Shown: piece by piece, positions 8,851 to 18,700 of the stretch | How the letters are laid out: each line of letters opens with the position of its first letter | Position numbering within the stretch: position 1 is the stretch's first letter | The notes under the pieces: generated by a model | Database searches by the model: none | What the model was told of the DNA's origin: nothing | The model's input: only the letters and a program-made list of their open reading frames with translations | Translations under genes and position numbers: made by a program | From: a virus | Taxonomy: Duplodnaviria; Caudoviricetes | Reading direction: 5' to 3' (one strand) | IMG/VR virus record: IMGVR_UViG_3300042887_001670 | Span: 127 to 64,126 of that record | Length of the DNA stretch: 64,000 nucleotides

Positions 8851-9492
8851 TCAGCGCGGCTTGTAGCCGCAGTCCCAAAGATAAGAGTCGATCTTATCCA
8901 GCGCATTCTTGGTGAATGCCTTGGCGTCAGAAAACTCATTTACAAACGACAGGTCAAATTGCATTTTATTCAAGTTGCCTTCGCTTCGCGGCTTCTTGGC
9001 AAAGACTTTCCTCCACCAAGGCATATTGGCTTGTGGGTCTACATCTGGCCGAGTGACCTTAACCATAAGGCCCGCCGAGAACATTTGCACCATATAATAT
9101 TCGTTCTCAAACCGAATATCATCAATGACGACTGGAACGCCTGCGGCAATAGACGTGTGGATTTTGGAAGAAGCTACTTCCACCCAAAAGTCTTCACCCA
9201 TGCAATCGCGCGCCCACTGCGTCCCTAGCGTCTGCATAGCGTAGCGCGGCGTGTGGCCTGAGAGCCAAGGCGAGGCTTCCCCCTTGGAAGAACCCTCAAT
9301 GTGCCGAGTGATCCCTTCGTCGTTAAGGCCCTGATAAGCCAAAAGAGCCCTCAACATGGCCTTTAGGCCATCAGCCATCTTGATCCGTGTGAAGCCTCGC
9401 TCATAGATCAGCGCCTCTGCAAGCGTGCTTTTGCCTGCTTGCATGTAGGGGCTATAAAGACCGATAACCGGAACTGGCTTAAACTTTTCCAT
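8851..9492 (-). CDS. Deoxynucleoside monophosphate kinase
   Basis: QAGKSTLA P-loop, MADGLK, TPRYAMQTLGTQWAR, VVIDDIRFENE. Confidence 0.9.
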   Translation of the reverse strand: MEKFKPVPVIGLYSPYMQAGKSTLAEALIYERGFTRIKMADGLKAMLRALLAYQGLNDEGITRHIEGSSKGEASPWLSGHTPRYAMQTLGTQWARDCMGEDFWVEVASSKIHTSIAAGVPVVIDDIRFENEYYMVQMFSAGLMVKVTRPDVDPQANMPWWRKVFAKKPRSEGNLNKMQFDLSFVNEFSDAKAFTKNALDKIDSYLWDCGYKPR

Positions 9493-10480
9493 AGTTTGCT
9501 CTCACCCTAACTCGTGGTTTATTTACAGCCACAGCGTCACCCCTAAACCAAGCAACGCCTGCGTCGTCTACTTCGACCAACTCAGGGGGTAATAGCACAC
9601 CCCCACGCCATGTCAACACTGCAAACCCTGGCCGCGAATAGGAAGGCGCATCTTCAGCATATTCAAAAGCAGCATGGCGCTTGTGGCTCAGGAAGCCGCA
9701 TTCTACGCCCCACCGACGCCCCCTGTAATCCTCAATGGGTGTCACTGTCAGGGCATGGGTATGCCCTGTCACCATGGTCACGCCAGCCACTACGGCGTTG
9801 TTGCGGGCAGCGCCTACGCCTTGGCGATGCTTGTGCTTGATAACCGTGTGCCCGCCAAGGATGTTTGCGTTGACGTGTAGGGACCACGACATTTTCCAAT
9901 TCGGGAAATGGTCATGGAGGCGAAAGCCGCTGATACCCTTATAGTCTGAAGCCGTCAGAGCCAACTTATAATCAAATCGTCGGCAGTGGTTCCCAACCGT
10001 ATAGAACTTTGGCGTTCCTGGCAGCAAAAGCCCTTCGATATTAGCTAGGACTTCTTGACAGGCTTCGAGTTCTGATTTCACATCAGGTTTGCGCTCCCAT
10101 CCTAGAGGCGGATGGCGAGAAAGCCCGGCGCCGTCAAAGAGGTCGCCGTTCATCACAAAGAAGTCAGGCCGCAAGGCGGGCAAGAGGGTATAGAGGGCCG
10201 CTTCTGCGGCTGTCACCCCGTCCCCAGGCCACTTGTGGCGGTCGCTCACAATGACTGCGGTGCCGTCTTCAATAAAGTGGTTTTCCCGCAAAGGGTATGC
10301 GGTGTCTCGTTCAGTCAAGTCATCCGTGATAGTGGGAAGCACGTATCCTAAAGACTCAAGTCGGCTGCGCCTTGCGTGGACGTTGCGGATATGGATGCCG
10401 AGAGCTTTAGCCGTTTGGGTAGGAGAAAAACCATTTTCAACCCAAATGCGGGCGAAGTCTTCGGCTGACGTGACTTGCAC
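9479..10480 (-). CDS. Calcineurin-like metallophosphoesterase with N-terminal HTH
   Basis: SDRH, NGDLFD, GNH, GHTH motifs. Confidence 0.85.
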   Translation of the reverse strand: MQVTSAEDFARIWVENGFSPTQTAKALGIHIRNVHARRSRLESLGYVLPTITDDLTERDTAYPLRENHFIEDGTAVIVSDRHKWPGDGVTAAEAALYTLLPALRPDFFVMNGDLFDGAGLSRHPPLGWERKPDVKSELEACQEVLANIEGLLLPGTPKFYTVGNHCRRFDYKLALTASDYKGISGFRLHDHFPNWKMSWSLHVNANILGGHTVIKHKHRQGVGAARNNAVVAGVTMVTGHTHALTVTPIEDYRGRRWGVECGFLSHKRHAAFEYAEDAPSYSRPGFAVLTWRGGVLLPPELVEVDDAGVAWFRGDAVAVNKPRVRVRANYGKV

Positions 10481-10495
10481 TCAAAAACCCCTGTT

Positions 10496-10972
10496 TTACT
10501 TCAACATCTCTGCCGCATCAAAAGGCAACGACGCTAATCGCTTCGCCCATCCGCGACCGTGATTAGGCCACGTAGGCATTTTGGTCATTGCGTCAACGCG
10601 CATAGCATGGAAGCGTTCTGCCACGCCACTAGAAAACGACGCAGCGATGGTTTTGGGGCCAACCATGCCATCAACAGGCACATTCGCGGCCCCCTGAAGC
10701 CATCGAGAAGCAGCGCCCACCCCGTTGTTTACCGCTGCATCAAAGACAAGAAGGGCTAAATCTGGCGGCAGTGAAGAACATTTTACCTTGTCCCAATAAT
10801 CAGTTTGGTAAATATCTTTAGCCTGAGCAAGCGTCAGATTAGCAATGTCGATATGCGGGTATGCCCGTTTGCTGATGCCATACCGGGTCTCACCGCCACG
10901 GTCATTTACGTCGTTTACATACCCACCTTCGTGGCCGATCAGAATCTCAAAAGCCTTATCAAATGCTGTCAT
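10496..10972 (-). CDS. Endolysin, glycoside hydrolase family 108
   Basis: HEGGYVND..DRGGETRYGIS, FDAAVNNG, DGMVGPKT, GW.KR. Confidence 0.93.
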   Translation of the reverse strand: MTAFDKAFEILIGHEGGYVNDVNDRGGETRYGISKRAYPHIDIANLTLAQAKDIYQTDYWDKVKCSSLPPDLALLVFDAAVNNGVGAASRWLQGAANVPVDGMVGPKTIAASFSSGVAERFHAMRVDAMTKMPTWPNHGRGWAKRLASLPFDAAEMLK

Positions 10973-11274
10973 GTGATTTTAAGAGACTTACCCTCGTTGT
11001 AGCGCGATAGCATGATATCAATAATCCGAGGACCGGAATATGACACGGCGATGATGACTGCGAAATTTGGGAATCCGGTCAAAGCAAAATAGTCAGCGAT
11101 GCCTTTACCAATAACGCCCATGGCAATAGCGAGAGGGACTTCCCAAAGTAGGTTCCAGCCGCTCGGCCTACGGGCTGAGGTAGCAAGGGCTAAAAGGCGG
11201 CCCAGGATACCCATGGCCCCCGCAACTGCACCATGCGTCGCCAAATCCCTTACTCCTAGATCATCAATAGGCAT
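10969..11274 (-). CDS. Holin
   Basis: Three hydrophobic segments, adjacent to endolysin; GAGGAG RBS before ATG 11274. Confidence 0.7.
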   Translation of the reverse strand: MPIDDLGVRDLATHGAVAGAMGILGRLLALATSARRPSGWNLLWEVPLAIAMGVIGKGIADYFALTGFPNFAVIIAVSYSGPRIIDIMLSRYNEGKSLKIT

Positions 11275-11355
11275 GACGCTGCGCTCCTCGTTTGGCGACA
11301 AGCAAGGGATGCAGGTATAACCTAAAAGCGCAAGGTCGATCAATACACGCGAGGC

Positions 11356-11589
11356 TTATTGGTTTTTTCGGGCGTTGGCGTCATCGAACACGGCTCCAAA
11401 CACGTAACTACCTATGACCGCGCCCGACAAGCCGATCAAGGCAAGGACTGTCTGGTGCGTCAAATTACTATCCGGGCTCCACACGGTCAACGCCGGGACG
11501 GCAAGGGCGCAATACGAAAGAGTGGCATGGATAATGCGGCGCCTACGCTTCCATTCCCCAGGCTTGGCAATCTCATTACTCATGAGCAA
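11356..11589 (-). CDS. Two-TM membrane protein (holin/antiholin-like)
   Basis: WKRRRR, two TM helices, GSYVFGAVFDD; within lysis cassette. Confidence 0.6.
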   Translation of the reverse strand: MLMSNEIAKPGEWKRRRRIIHATLSYCALAVPALTVWSPDSNLTHQTVLALIGLSGAVIGSYVFGAVFDDANARKNQ

Positions 11590-11833
11590 GAAGCTCCTTC
11601 ACACGGGTGAGTTTATCACGGCATTCGGCAGCAACAGAGTTTAGTTCCAAAATCCAGTATGCGAGTTCGGTGTCAGACATGCGCTCAGAGGGTTTAGGGA
11701 TATCAGGGCACGCTAGGAGGCTTTGAGGGATCGGCTGGCGTAGGAGAGCCTGTGGAGGCCCCGCGCAAGCCGTCAAGAGCAGCCCGCATAGCAGGAGAAG
11801 AAACACAGGAGACGGATTGTGGCGCACGGGCAA
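11576..11833 (-). CDS. o-spanin (Rz1-like lipoprotein)
   Basis: Lipobox LLTAC, Pro-rich, overlaps i-spanin 3' end. Confidence 0.75.
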   Translation of the reverse strand: MPVRHNPSPVFLLLLCGLLLTACAGPPQALLRQPIPQSLLACPDIPKPSERMSDTELAYWILELNSVAAECRDKLTRVKELLAHE

Positions 11834-12077
11834 CCCCTTCTCGAATAACGGTCACAGCCTGTTGACGCTCTTGCTGTGTCTTATGATATGCTTCCAAAGT
11901 GATTTGGGACACTTCCTGCAATCGCGCTCTTTCTTGAGCGACTTGGACAGATAGTTCTGCGGCATACTCGCGTCGGATCGCGGGCTCATGGAGAAACTTG
12001 AGCCAAAGATACCCACCAGACACAAGACTGACCAACGCTACAGGCCGAGTTAAAAAAGAAGATACGAGACTGAGCAT
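11703..12077 (-). CDS. i-spanin (Rz-like)
   Basis: N-terminal TM then coiled coil with Cys; TGATG coupling to fibre gene. Confidence 0.7.
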   Translation of the reverse strand: MLSLVSSFLTRPVALVSLVSGGYLWLKFLHEPAIRREYAAELSVQVAQERARLQEVSQITLEAYHKTQQERQQAVTVIREGVARAPQSVSCVSSPAMRAALDGLRGASTGSPTPADPSKPPSVP

Positions 12078-13276
12078 CAGATGCCTATCGCGAACCAATT
12101 GAAACCATAAGAAGTTCCAGAGGGGCTATAAGCATTGAAAGCCGTTCTGGTAAATGTGCCAATTTTTAATGCGTTTAAGCTCTGCGCAGAATCTCCCCCG
12201 GTTATAGTAAGTTGAATATTATACGCGGCGGTAGGAAAAGCAGTTGCAAATGTTATAGTTACCGCGCCGCTTGACGTTACCCCAGAGCCCCACTTCATGA
12301 TGATGCCACTCGGCAGCGTCATACTTCCTGTGGAGGATGCGGTGGTCACGAAGTCAGAGGCCTTTATAACCTCGCTACCGTTGATAGACGGATTTACTTT
12401 GAAATCTGCCTTGCGGGAAGAACGTGTGACCTCGAACACATCGCCTAACGATACTCCCGCGTCACTAAATGCTCGCAAGGCGAAGTTGCTGCCCAAGTTG
12501 GAGCTTGATTCGGTAGCGTTGGTAAGAACAGCTTGGAAGCGCGTGGTAGTGCCAGTCGCCCAAGAGAAAATCCGTTCTGTGGCTGCACCACCAAAGACAC
12601 CAGCAGTGCCAGAGACATACAGCGGGCCTGTCATAGTGTCGCCCGTTTTATCAACCGCACCCACGTTTGCGGCTGTAAGCGATGCCCAAGTAGGTGCAGA
12701 AGTAGACCCGTTCGTGCGGAGAACTTGCCCGCTCGTGCCATGGCTATTGTTAAATAGAGCAGCACCCGTTTCGTTAAATTCAAGTCGGCTAGAGCCGTTT
12801 GTGGCTAGCGCCACACGGTTCGCCCCTGGAAAGAATAGGCCGGTATCCCGATCCGTGACCGGGGACACGACCGTTGTGCTTTGAGAACCACCACCCGCAA
12901 AAGCAACATAGGTGGAGACATACATCACACCATCGCTGTCATACATGACAAAGCGAGAAGCTGACGGGGCAAAGAACAGATACTTTGTGCCAGAGGACCA
13001 ACTGACAGCCGAAGTGCCCCCTGTGTTGTTGCGGACAATAAGCGTTCGACTTACGGTTGGCGTGGCCGCAGAGGTATAAGTCCCTTCGCCAATTTCAAAA
13101 AGCGAAGGGTTCGTACGACTGTCCACTGCTACGTAAGAAACGCGAGAGCCAGAAACCACCCCCGCTAAGGCGGGCGTCAGATACCCCGAGACTGCTGCCC
13201 CTAAATCGTAAGTCCCTGTGCCCGCAGTGTCCGTTGCGACAAGAACTCGATCACCAACATTAACAGGGACGCCCAT
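12077..13276 (-). CDS. Tail fibre / receptor-binding protein
   Basis: GDRV..ATDTAGTG N-terminus, GDTMTG repeat, C-terminal LPSGIIMKWG...TFATAFP (gp53/H-lectin-like). Confidence 0.8.
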   Translation of the reverse strand: MGVPVNVGDRVLVATDTAGTGTYDLGAAVSGYLTPALAGVVSGSRVSYVAVDSRTNPSLFEIGEGTYTSAATPTVSRTLIVRNNTGGTSAVSWSSGTKYLFFAPSASRFVMYDSDGVMYVSTYVAFAGGGSQSTTVVSPVTDRDTGLFFPGANRVALATNGSSRLEFNETGAALFNNSHGTSGQVLRTNGSTSAPTWASLTAANVGAVDKTGDTMTGPLYVSGTAGVFGGAATERIFSWATGTTTRFQAVLTNATESSSNLGSNFALRAFSDAGVSLGDVFEVTRSSRKADFKVNPSINGSEVIKASDFVTTASSTGSMTLPSGIIMKWGSGVTSSGAVTITFATAFPTAAYNIQLTITGGDSAQSLNALKIGTFTRTAFNAYSPSGTSYGFNWFAIGI

Positions 13277-14073
13277 TAGTTATCTTCCTCGATCTGAAAA
13301 TCGGTTGTCCACAAATCTTCCAATTCTCGATTTACCACAGGCACGTCCGAAAATTGACCAAATAACCCTTCGCCAAGATAGTCTTCTTCACGAGCAAAAA
13401 ATACTTGCCCGGTTGTCCCTACTTCGCTTGAAGCGGTAATGATACTTGAGGCTTCGCTTTCAGTCAAAATAGGGAAAGCAATCCGCTCTACGCGGTAAGG
13501 CAAACCTCGCGTGGCATAACGAACGCCGGTCAGCCCTGCCCTGCTTGAAAGGCCAGGATCACGGAAAGAGCGAGCATGGCCATAAGCGTAAGAGTCAGTA
13601 GTTACTAGGCCGTCGCCAACCCACAGTCTGCCAAGCTGCAAATAACTAATTTCTGAGGACAGTGGGGGCACGGGGCTTTCAAAAGTCAAACGCACATAGC
13701 GCGCTGTGATGCCTGTTGCAGACCGCCAACCCCACACACCCCAAGGGTTAAGAGTGAAACTAGGTTCATAATGGTTAAGGGCGTCTGTGCCACTTTGACT
13801 AGAGACGCTGGCCCTAATCGCGACTGCCGCGCCAGACGGGGGTAAAGCACCATCGCGGGGCGCTGCAAATGCGATGACTTTGACCGCCCTACTGACGCCA
13901 AAATCAAGGTCTATGACAACATCTGCAAATTGTTTCCAATCGCCACTACGCCAATAGTTCTGCACCTGTGGCGTGAGCATACCGCGCGGCCCAAGCCCTG
14001 TGGCTTCGCTGGAAACAGTCAGCGAAGAACCACTTTGCTCCGCCCAATTTTTCCATGAGAGAACCGCGCCCAT
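13276..14073 (-). CDS. Minor tail protein
   Basis: Between hub-like gene and fibre; ARYVRLTF, LGRLWVG; TAATG coupling. Confidence 0.7.
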   Translation of the reverse strand: MGAVLSWKNWAEQSGSSLTVSSEATGLGPRGMLTPQVQNYWRSGDWKQFADVVIDLDFGVSRAVKVIAFAAPRDGALPPSGAAVAIRASVSSQSGTDALNHYEPSFTLNPWGVWGWRSATGITARYVRLTFESPVPPLSSEISYLQLGRLWVGDGLVTTDSYAYGHARSFRDPGLSSRAGLTGVRYATRGLPYRVERIAFPILTESEASSIITASSEVGTTGQVFFAREEDYLGEGLFGQFSDVPVVNRELEDLWTTDFQIEEDN

Positions 14074-15710
14074 TAACCCCACAACTCCAACTCAGCGTAG
14101 TCGCCTCTAGCAGAGATACCGCGCACAATAAAAGCCTTTCCGTTTGCCAACGTAGGGATGCCGGGCCACCTTAGCGTAACTGTCGTGCCTATTGGAATAG
14201 TCCACCAATTAAGGCCCCCCGCCCTAGGACCAACACGCGCGGACCATGTGCGGCGGGGCACTTTGTAGATTTCTAGCAAAGACTGCGCCAAAGTAGAGGC
14301 GGCAGTCTGGGACTCCAAAACCCCTGGTAATTCAGGACCATCAACCGCCAAGGGATACCTGGTTCTAACCGTAATATCAGAAGCAACAGCGAAGCGGCGT
14401 TTCTTCCCATAATACTCTTGTATATGGGTAGAAGCTGCTGCGGCTATATCCCCGCCTTCCTGCGTCGTCTCAATTTCTTGATACGACACCTTTACCCGCC
14501 ACCAAGGGGGCGTAGAACCTGACGTTTCTTCTGGTGCGCTGATTTGCATATACGGCTCGATAGCGATAGTAGAAGTGGTGGCGACAGGAGCGTAGATTAT
14601 GCTGCCTTCAAACTGACCAAGCGTATTAGCGCCCCACCATGCGGAACCAAGGCCTGCGGCCAGTTGGTTCATAGCATCTTCGACTGTGCCTTCCCGAACG
14701 ATGATGCCTACCTCTTCTTGAGGCCATGCCGTAAACGAGGAAGCAGTCGCACTCGCCACACCGCCGATCACTCGCAAGATTTGCGCGGCGACGTGGCTGG
14801 CAGTAGAGACGTAACCTCCGTCTTTTTCTCCACGCACGTCCGAAGTTAAGAATACAGGGTCGTCGTGGAGTTTGATAAATCCGCCGCCTTTATATGAAGC
14901 ATATTTGCCATTTCCAGGGTTCTCCGCGACCAGGGAGGCGTATGAGCTTGCATCCGCGTGTAATATTAAATTGAGGCCGCCATCTCGCACCGCTACAATT
15001 TGTTGAACCGCTCCGTCATGTAGTTGATATATTCGATTTACGTCATCTATCAGAACGGGCTGCATATTTCGCACAAAGCCAAAAATACGCGGCTTAGCCA
15101 CGCCTTCGAGGCCTGTGCTTCCCTCTGTCCCGCCCGCCCCCGTGTAAAGGGTATTGGCAGTGGTCTGTAAGTCAGCAGCAGCCGAACGCAGCGGCATACG
15201 CAGGGTGTCAGTGCCCTCAAAGGCTTCTGAGGCGCGAAGGGAGGCGACCTCTACCCAAGTGGATCGTGGGGCGTGTGTGGGGCGCCTGTGGGGTGCCCTG
15301 GTTAGCTTGACCCGGCGCCCCGCCACCGCCCATTCGCCTGCAATGGTATCTAGCGCGCCATCCGTGTTCGAGAAACGAAGTTCGCCTGATTCGATTTGAG
15401 CGCGCCTACCTTCTCCGGGGTAGACAGGGATGAAGCGTTCTACCGCAGGGGGTTCGAGCATACGGGGAGGATAGACGGCGATGGTGCCCGTATCACCGGG
15501 TTCCTGCACCCAGCCACGGTCAGAGGCCACGATAGTAGGCGCTGTGGCGACTGAAGAACCTCGTGTGTCTATCGCTGCCATAGGGGCACCGGAGGGCATA
15601 AATAAAGGGGGTGGGCGAGGATCGCCAACGCCTTCAGGATCAGGGTTGATCTCGATAAGCCAAACAGATTCTTCAATCGCGGCGCTAGCCGCCGTAATAG
15701 TTACGCTCAT
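14073..15710 (-). CDS. Tail tip/hub protein
   Basis: Follows tape measure; KPRIFGFVRN..PVLID...YQLHDG..VRDGG. Confidence 0.7.
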   Translation of the reverse strand: MSVTITAASAAIEESVWLIEINPDPEGVGDPRPPPLFMPSGAPMAAIDTRGSSVATAPTIVASDRGWVQEPGDTGTIAVYPPRMLEPPAVERFIPVYPGEGRRAQIESGELRFSNTDGALDTIAGEWAVAGRRVKLTRAPHRRPTHAPRSTWVEVASLRASEAFEGTDTLRMPLRSAAADLQTTANTLYTGAGGTEGSTGLEGVAKPRIFGFVRNMQPVLIDDVNRIYQLHDGAVQQIVAVRDGGLNLILHADASSYASLVAENPGNGKYASYKGGGFIKLHDDPVFLTSDVRGEKDGGYVSTASHVAAQILRVIGGVASATASSFTAWPQEEVGIIVREGTVEDAMNQLAAGLGSAWWGANTLGQFEGSIIYAPVATTSTIAIEPYMQISAPEETSGSTPPWWRVKVSYQEIETTQEGGDIAAAASTHIQEYYGKKRRFAVASDITVRTRYPLAVDGPELPGVLESQTAASTLAQSLLEIYKVPRRTWSARVGPRAGGLNWWTIPIGTTVTLRWPGIPTLANGKAFIVRGISARGDYAELELWG

Positions 15711-18700
15711 TGCGCCCTCAGACGAGCCGTGCGGAGTTCTTCACGAAGCCCTCCCACCTGTACTCGAAGTTCGGCAATGGCTTCAACTAGCCCTGTGCTT
15801 TCTTTGCCATCCGAATCCGCCGTAGCCTCACGGAGCGAGACAATCTCATCGCGGACTGCGCGCAATTCAGAGACAACGGCTTGGTTATCAGAACCATTAA
15901 CCTCAACGCCAAGGCGCCCATCAGAACCACGGCGCAAGGGCATAATAGCTTCAGGGCCAGCCTCACCGAAGAGAGCCATAGGCGCAAGCGTGGGGCTATT
16001 CACGTAGTCAGGGATGCCGCCGTTGGCGTAAGCCATGATCCGTCCGTGGCGGAATACATTGCCAAGGGCATTCTCTGTGCCACCGCCGCCCATGCCCCCG
16101 CCATTGCCTCCTCCGCCTTCGCCTGCGGATTGGCTACTTCCATCAAAACCTACATTTGAAATTTGATTGGCCTGTTCCACCGCAGCCTGAATAGCCTCTG
16201 CAATTGGCAGCAATTCAGCCAACTTACTATCAAACCGCTTGGTGTATTCCGCAGTTTCGGCAATCGCGGCGTTGGTGCGTAGGTTGGTCATTTCAGCGAC
16301 CAAGGGCACGCTTGCCAAATCAGGAAGGCTCTGCTGCGACATAGGCGTTGTCGAAAGAGATTCTAGGCCCGAGACAACACGGCCACGGATGTCGTGGAAT
16401 CCGCCTGTAGAGGCATAGGCTTCGCGGGCTAGATTGAGGAGCGTGTCTGCCGATTGCGTGATGCGGTTGAGCGCATCCACGTTGCCTGTTTGGGCCGCCG
16501 CCAAGTCGCGGTTAAATAGTTCTTGTGCGGCGCCCAAGCGCCCCATGGTAGTCGTGCCTGACAGTGGGCTGCTAGTGCGAAGCGAATCAAGATAATCGCG
16601 GATATTCTTATTAGAATCCTTCAGAATCTTAACTCGTTCTGCGGCCTGTGTCCTCTCAAGTTCAACAAGCAGTCGAGACTTTTCTTCCGCCGTGATCCCT
16701 AGCGCGTCAAGCGATGCGGTGAAGGATTCGATTTCCTTCTGGGTCTTATAAGCAAGCTCGATGCGCTGCGCCTCTTGGTCCATGCCTTCCGCCATGAGAC
16801 GGCGCACGTGCATCTCAAGGGCTGTATCACGGATAGTCAGGCTACGTTGTTCTTCCAGCTTGGCGATTTGCTTGTCTCGTGCAGCCAAAAGTTCTTCTTC
16901 GCCAATGCCATACTCACGGGCTTTGGCGGTGGCTTGCGCGAAGGAGTCAATCAGCGCGTCCATCTGCTTCTTGAACTCAGGCACGGGGTCCGCAGTCAGG
17001 CCCTTAATGGTGTCTTGTAGAGCGATAAAGCCGTCTACAAACTCTTGCAGCTTTTCAGGACCGGCAAAGGAACGGGTTGAAAGCGCCTTGTTCAGTTCTT
17101 CGTTGGCCGTAGCAGCAAACTTTAGAGAACCGAGAGCTTCGTTGAAACTTGCCGCTTCACCATAGCCGAGATTGCCCATGCCATACTTGTTGCCGCCCAC
17201 AGCGCGGACGCCGGATACTGTGAGGCCACGTTGCTTTAGATAGGCGTTGATAGCAGGTATCTTAGCGTTTGCTTCCTCAAACTGAGCGCGGCCTTGCTCA
17301 TTGTAGTATGTATCCGTCATGGCAAGTTGACCATCCTGCGACCGCAGGGCGTAACCAAAGCCACGGCTCGATTCCTTGGGGCCGAAGAGGCCGCCACCAG
17401 CGCCGCCTAGAACGCCACCAAGAAGCCCACCTGCCAATAGACCAAGAGGACCAAGGAAGCCACCAGCGGCGAGCAGAGTGCCGCCTAGCGCACCAAGTCC
17501 GCTCCCTACCATGCCACCTGTCTGGTTGCCGCCTAGCAAGGAGTTGGCGAACATACCAGCGCCAAAACCTGCACCCGCACCGCCGAGAACACCACTGAGG
17601 GAGGTGGAACCAAAAGTGCCAAAAAAACCAGGGGTCCCCGCAGAAGACATTCCGCCGAAACCAGAAGCTATGCTCGGCTCCAACAACCCCGGTATCATAG
17701 TAGTGCTTGGCGCAGTACCGAACAGAGAAGCGTTAACGCTTGAAAATAGGCCACCAGAGCCAGTCAACCCCAACGAACCAAAAATACCTTCCTTCGGGAT
17801 AAGCGAAGACAAGCCTAACAGTTGCATGATGCCGCCACCGCCACCCGCCGCAGCCCCCGCTGCCGCAGCGCCACCACCCCCCATGGCCGATAGCCCCAAC
17901 CCTAAAGTCGGGAGCATGGTGCCAGAGAAGATCGAATTGATGATCGGGTTTACGATGCCAAGGCGTAGGATAGATTGGACAATGGATGACATGACGCCAC
18001 GGATGACGTTGCCAAAGTTAAGAGCGCGGATTTCACCCTTAGCAAAGGCTTCTGTAATGGCGTCGCCAACTTGTTCAAAGGCGCGAACGCCGATGTTGGC
18101 CATCTCTTTATAAGAGTTATCGAGTTGGTCGATTTCTTGACGACCACGGACGGCCTGACGGGTAAAGTTTTCAAGCTCTCGTAAATCTTCAGGGCTGGCA
18201 CCACGATTTTGCTGCCGAACACGGAAAACCGCGAGTTCTTGCTCACGGATAGATAGAGATTCACCTAGGAGACTGCGTTCTTTTTCGAGTAGGGCAATTT
18301 CATCCTTCATACGAGGGAGGTCTTTGGCGGCGCTGACGTTTTTCTCAAGCGCTGCTTCATCCCGCAGAAGCGGGAGGATTTGCTTTTTGAGAGCGATACG
18401 TTCGGCGTCCGTCTTGGCGCCAAGGCGAATGGCTTCAGTCTCTGCCTTGAGTTGCAGTTCCGCATCTTCGCCCGCCGCCGTGCTTATGCGGTATGCGGCT
18501 GCGATCTTGCCTTGATCCGCAATTTGGGCGCGGAGGGTGGCAATGTATTTCTCAAGTGTATTTTCTGATTTGTCTCTAGCTTCTTTTACCTTCTCTTCTG
18601 AAATCCTTACTTCGTCAAGCCTCTTTGCTACATCCGGCAAAATATCGCGGAATTTATCATTGGTTCGCAACAACTCAATGACTTTTTTGTTAGACATATC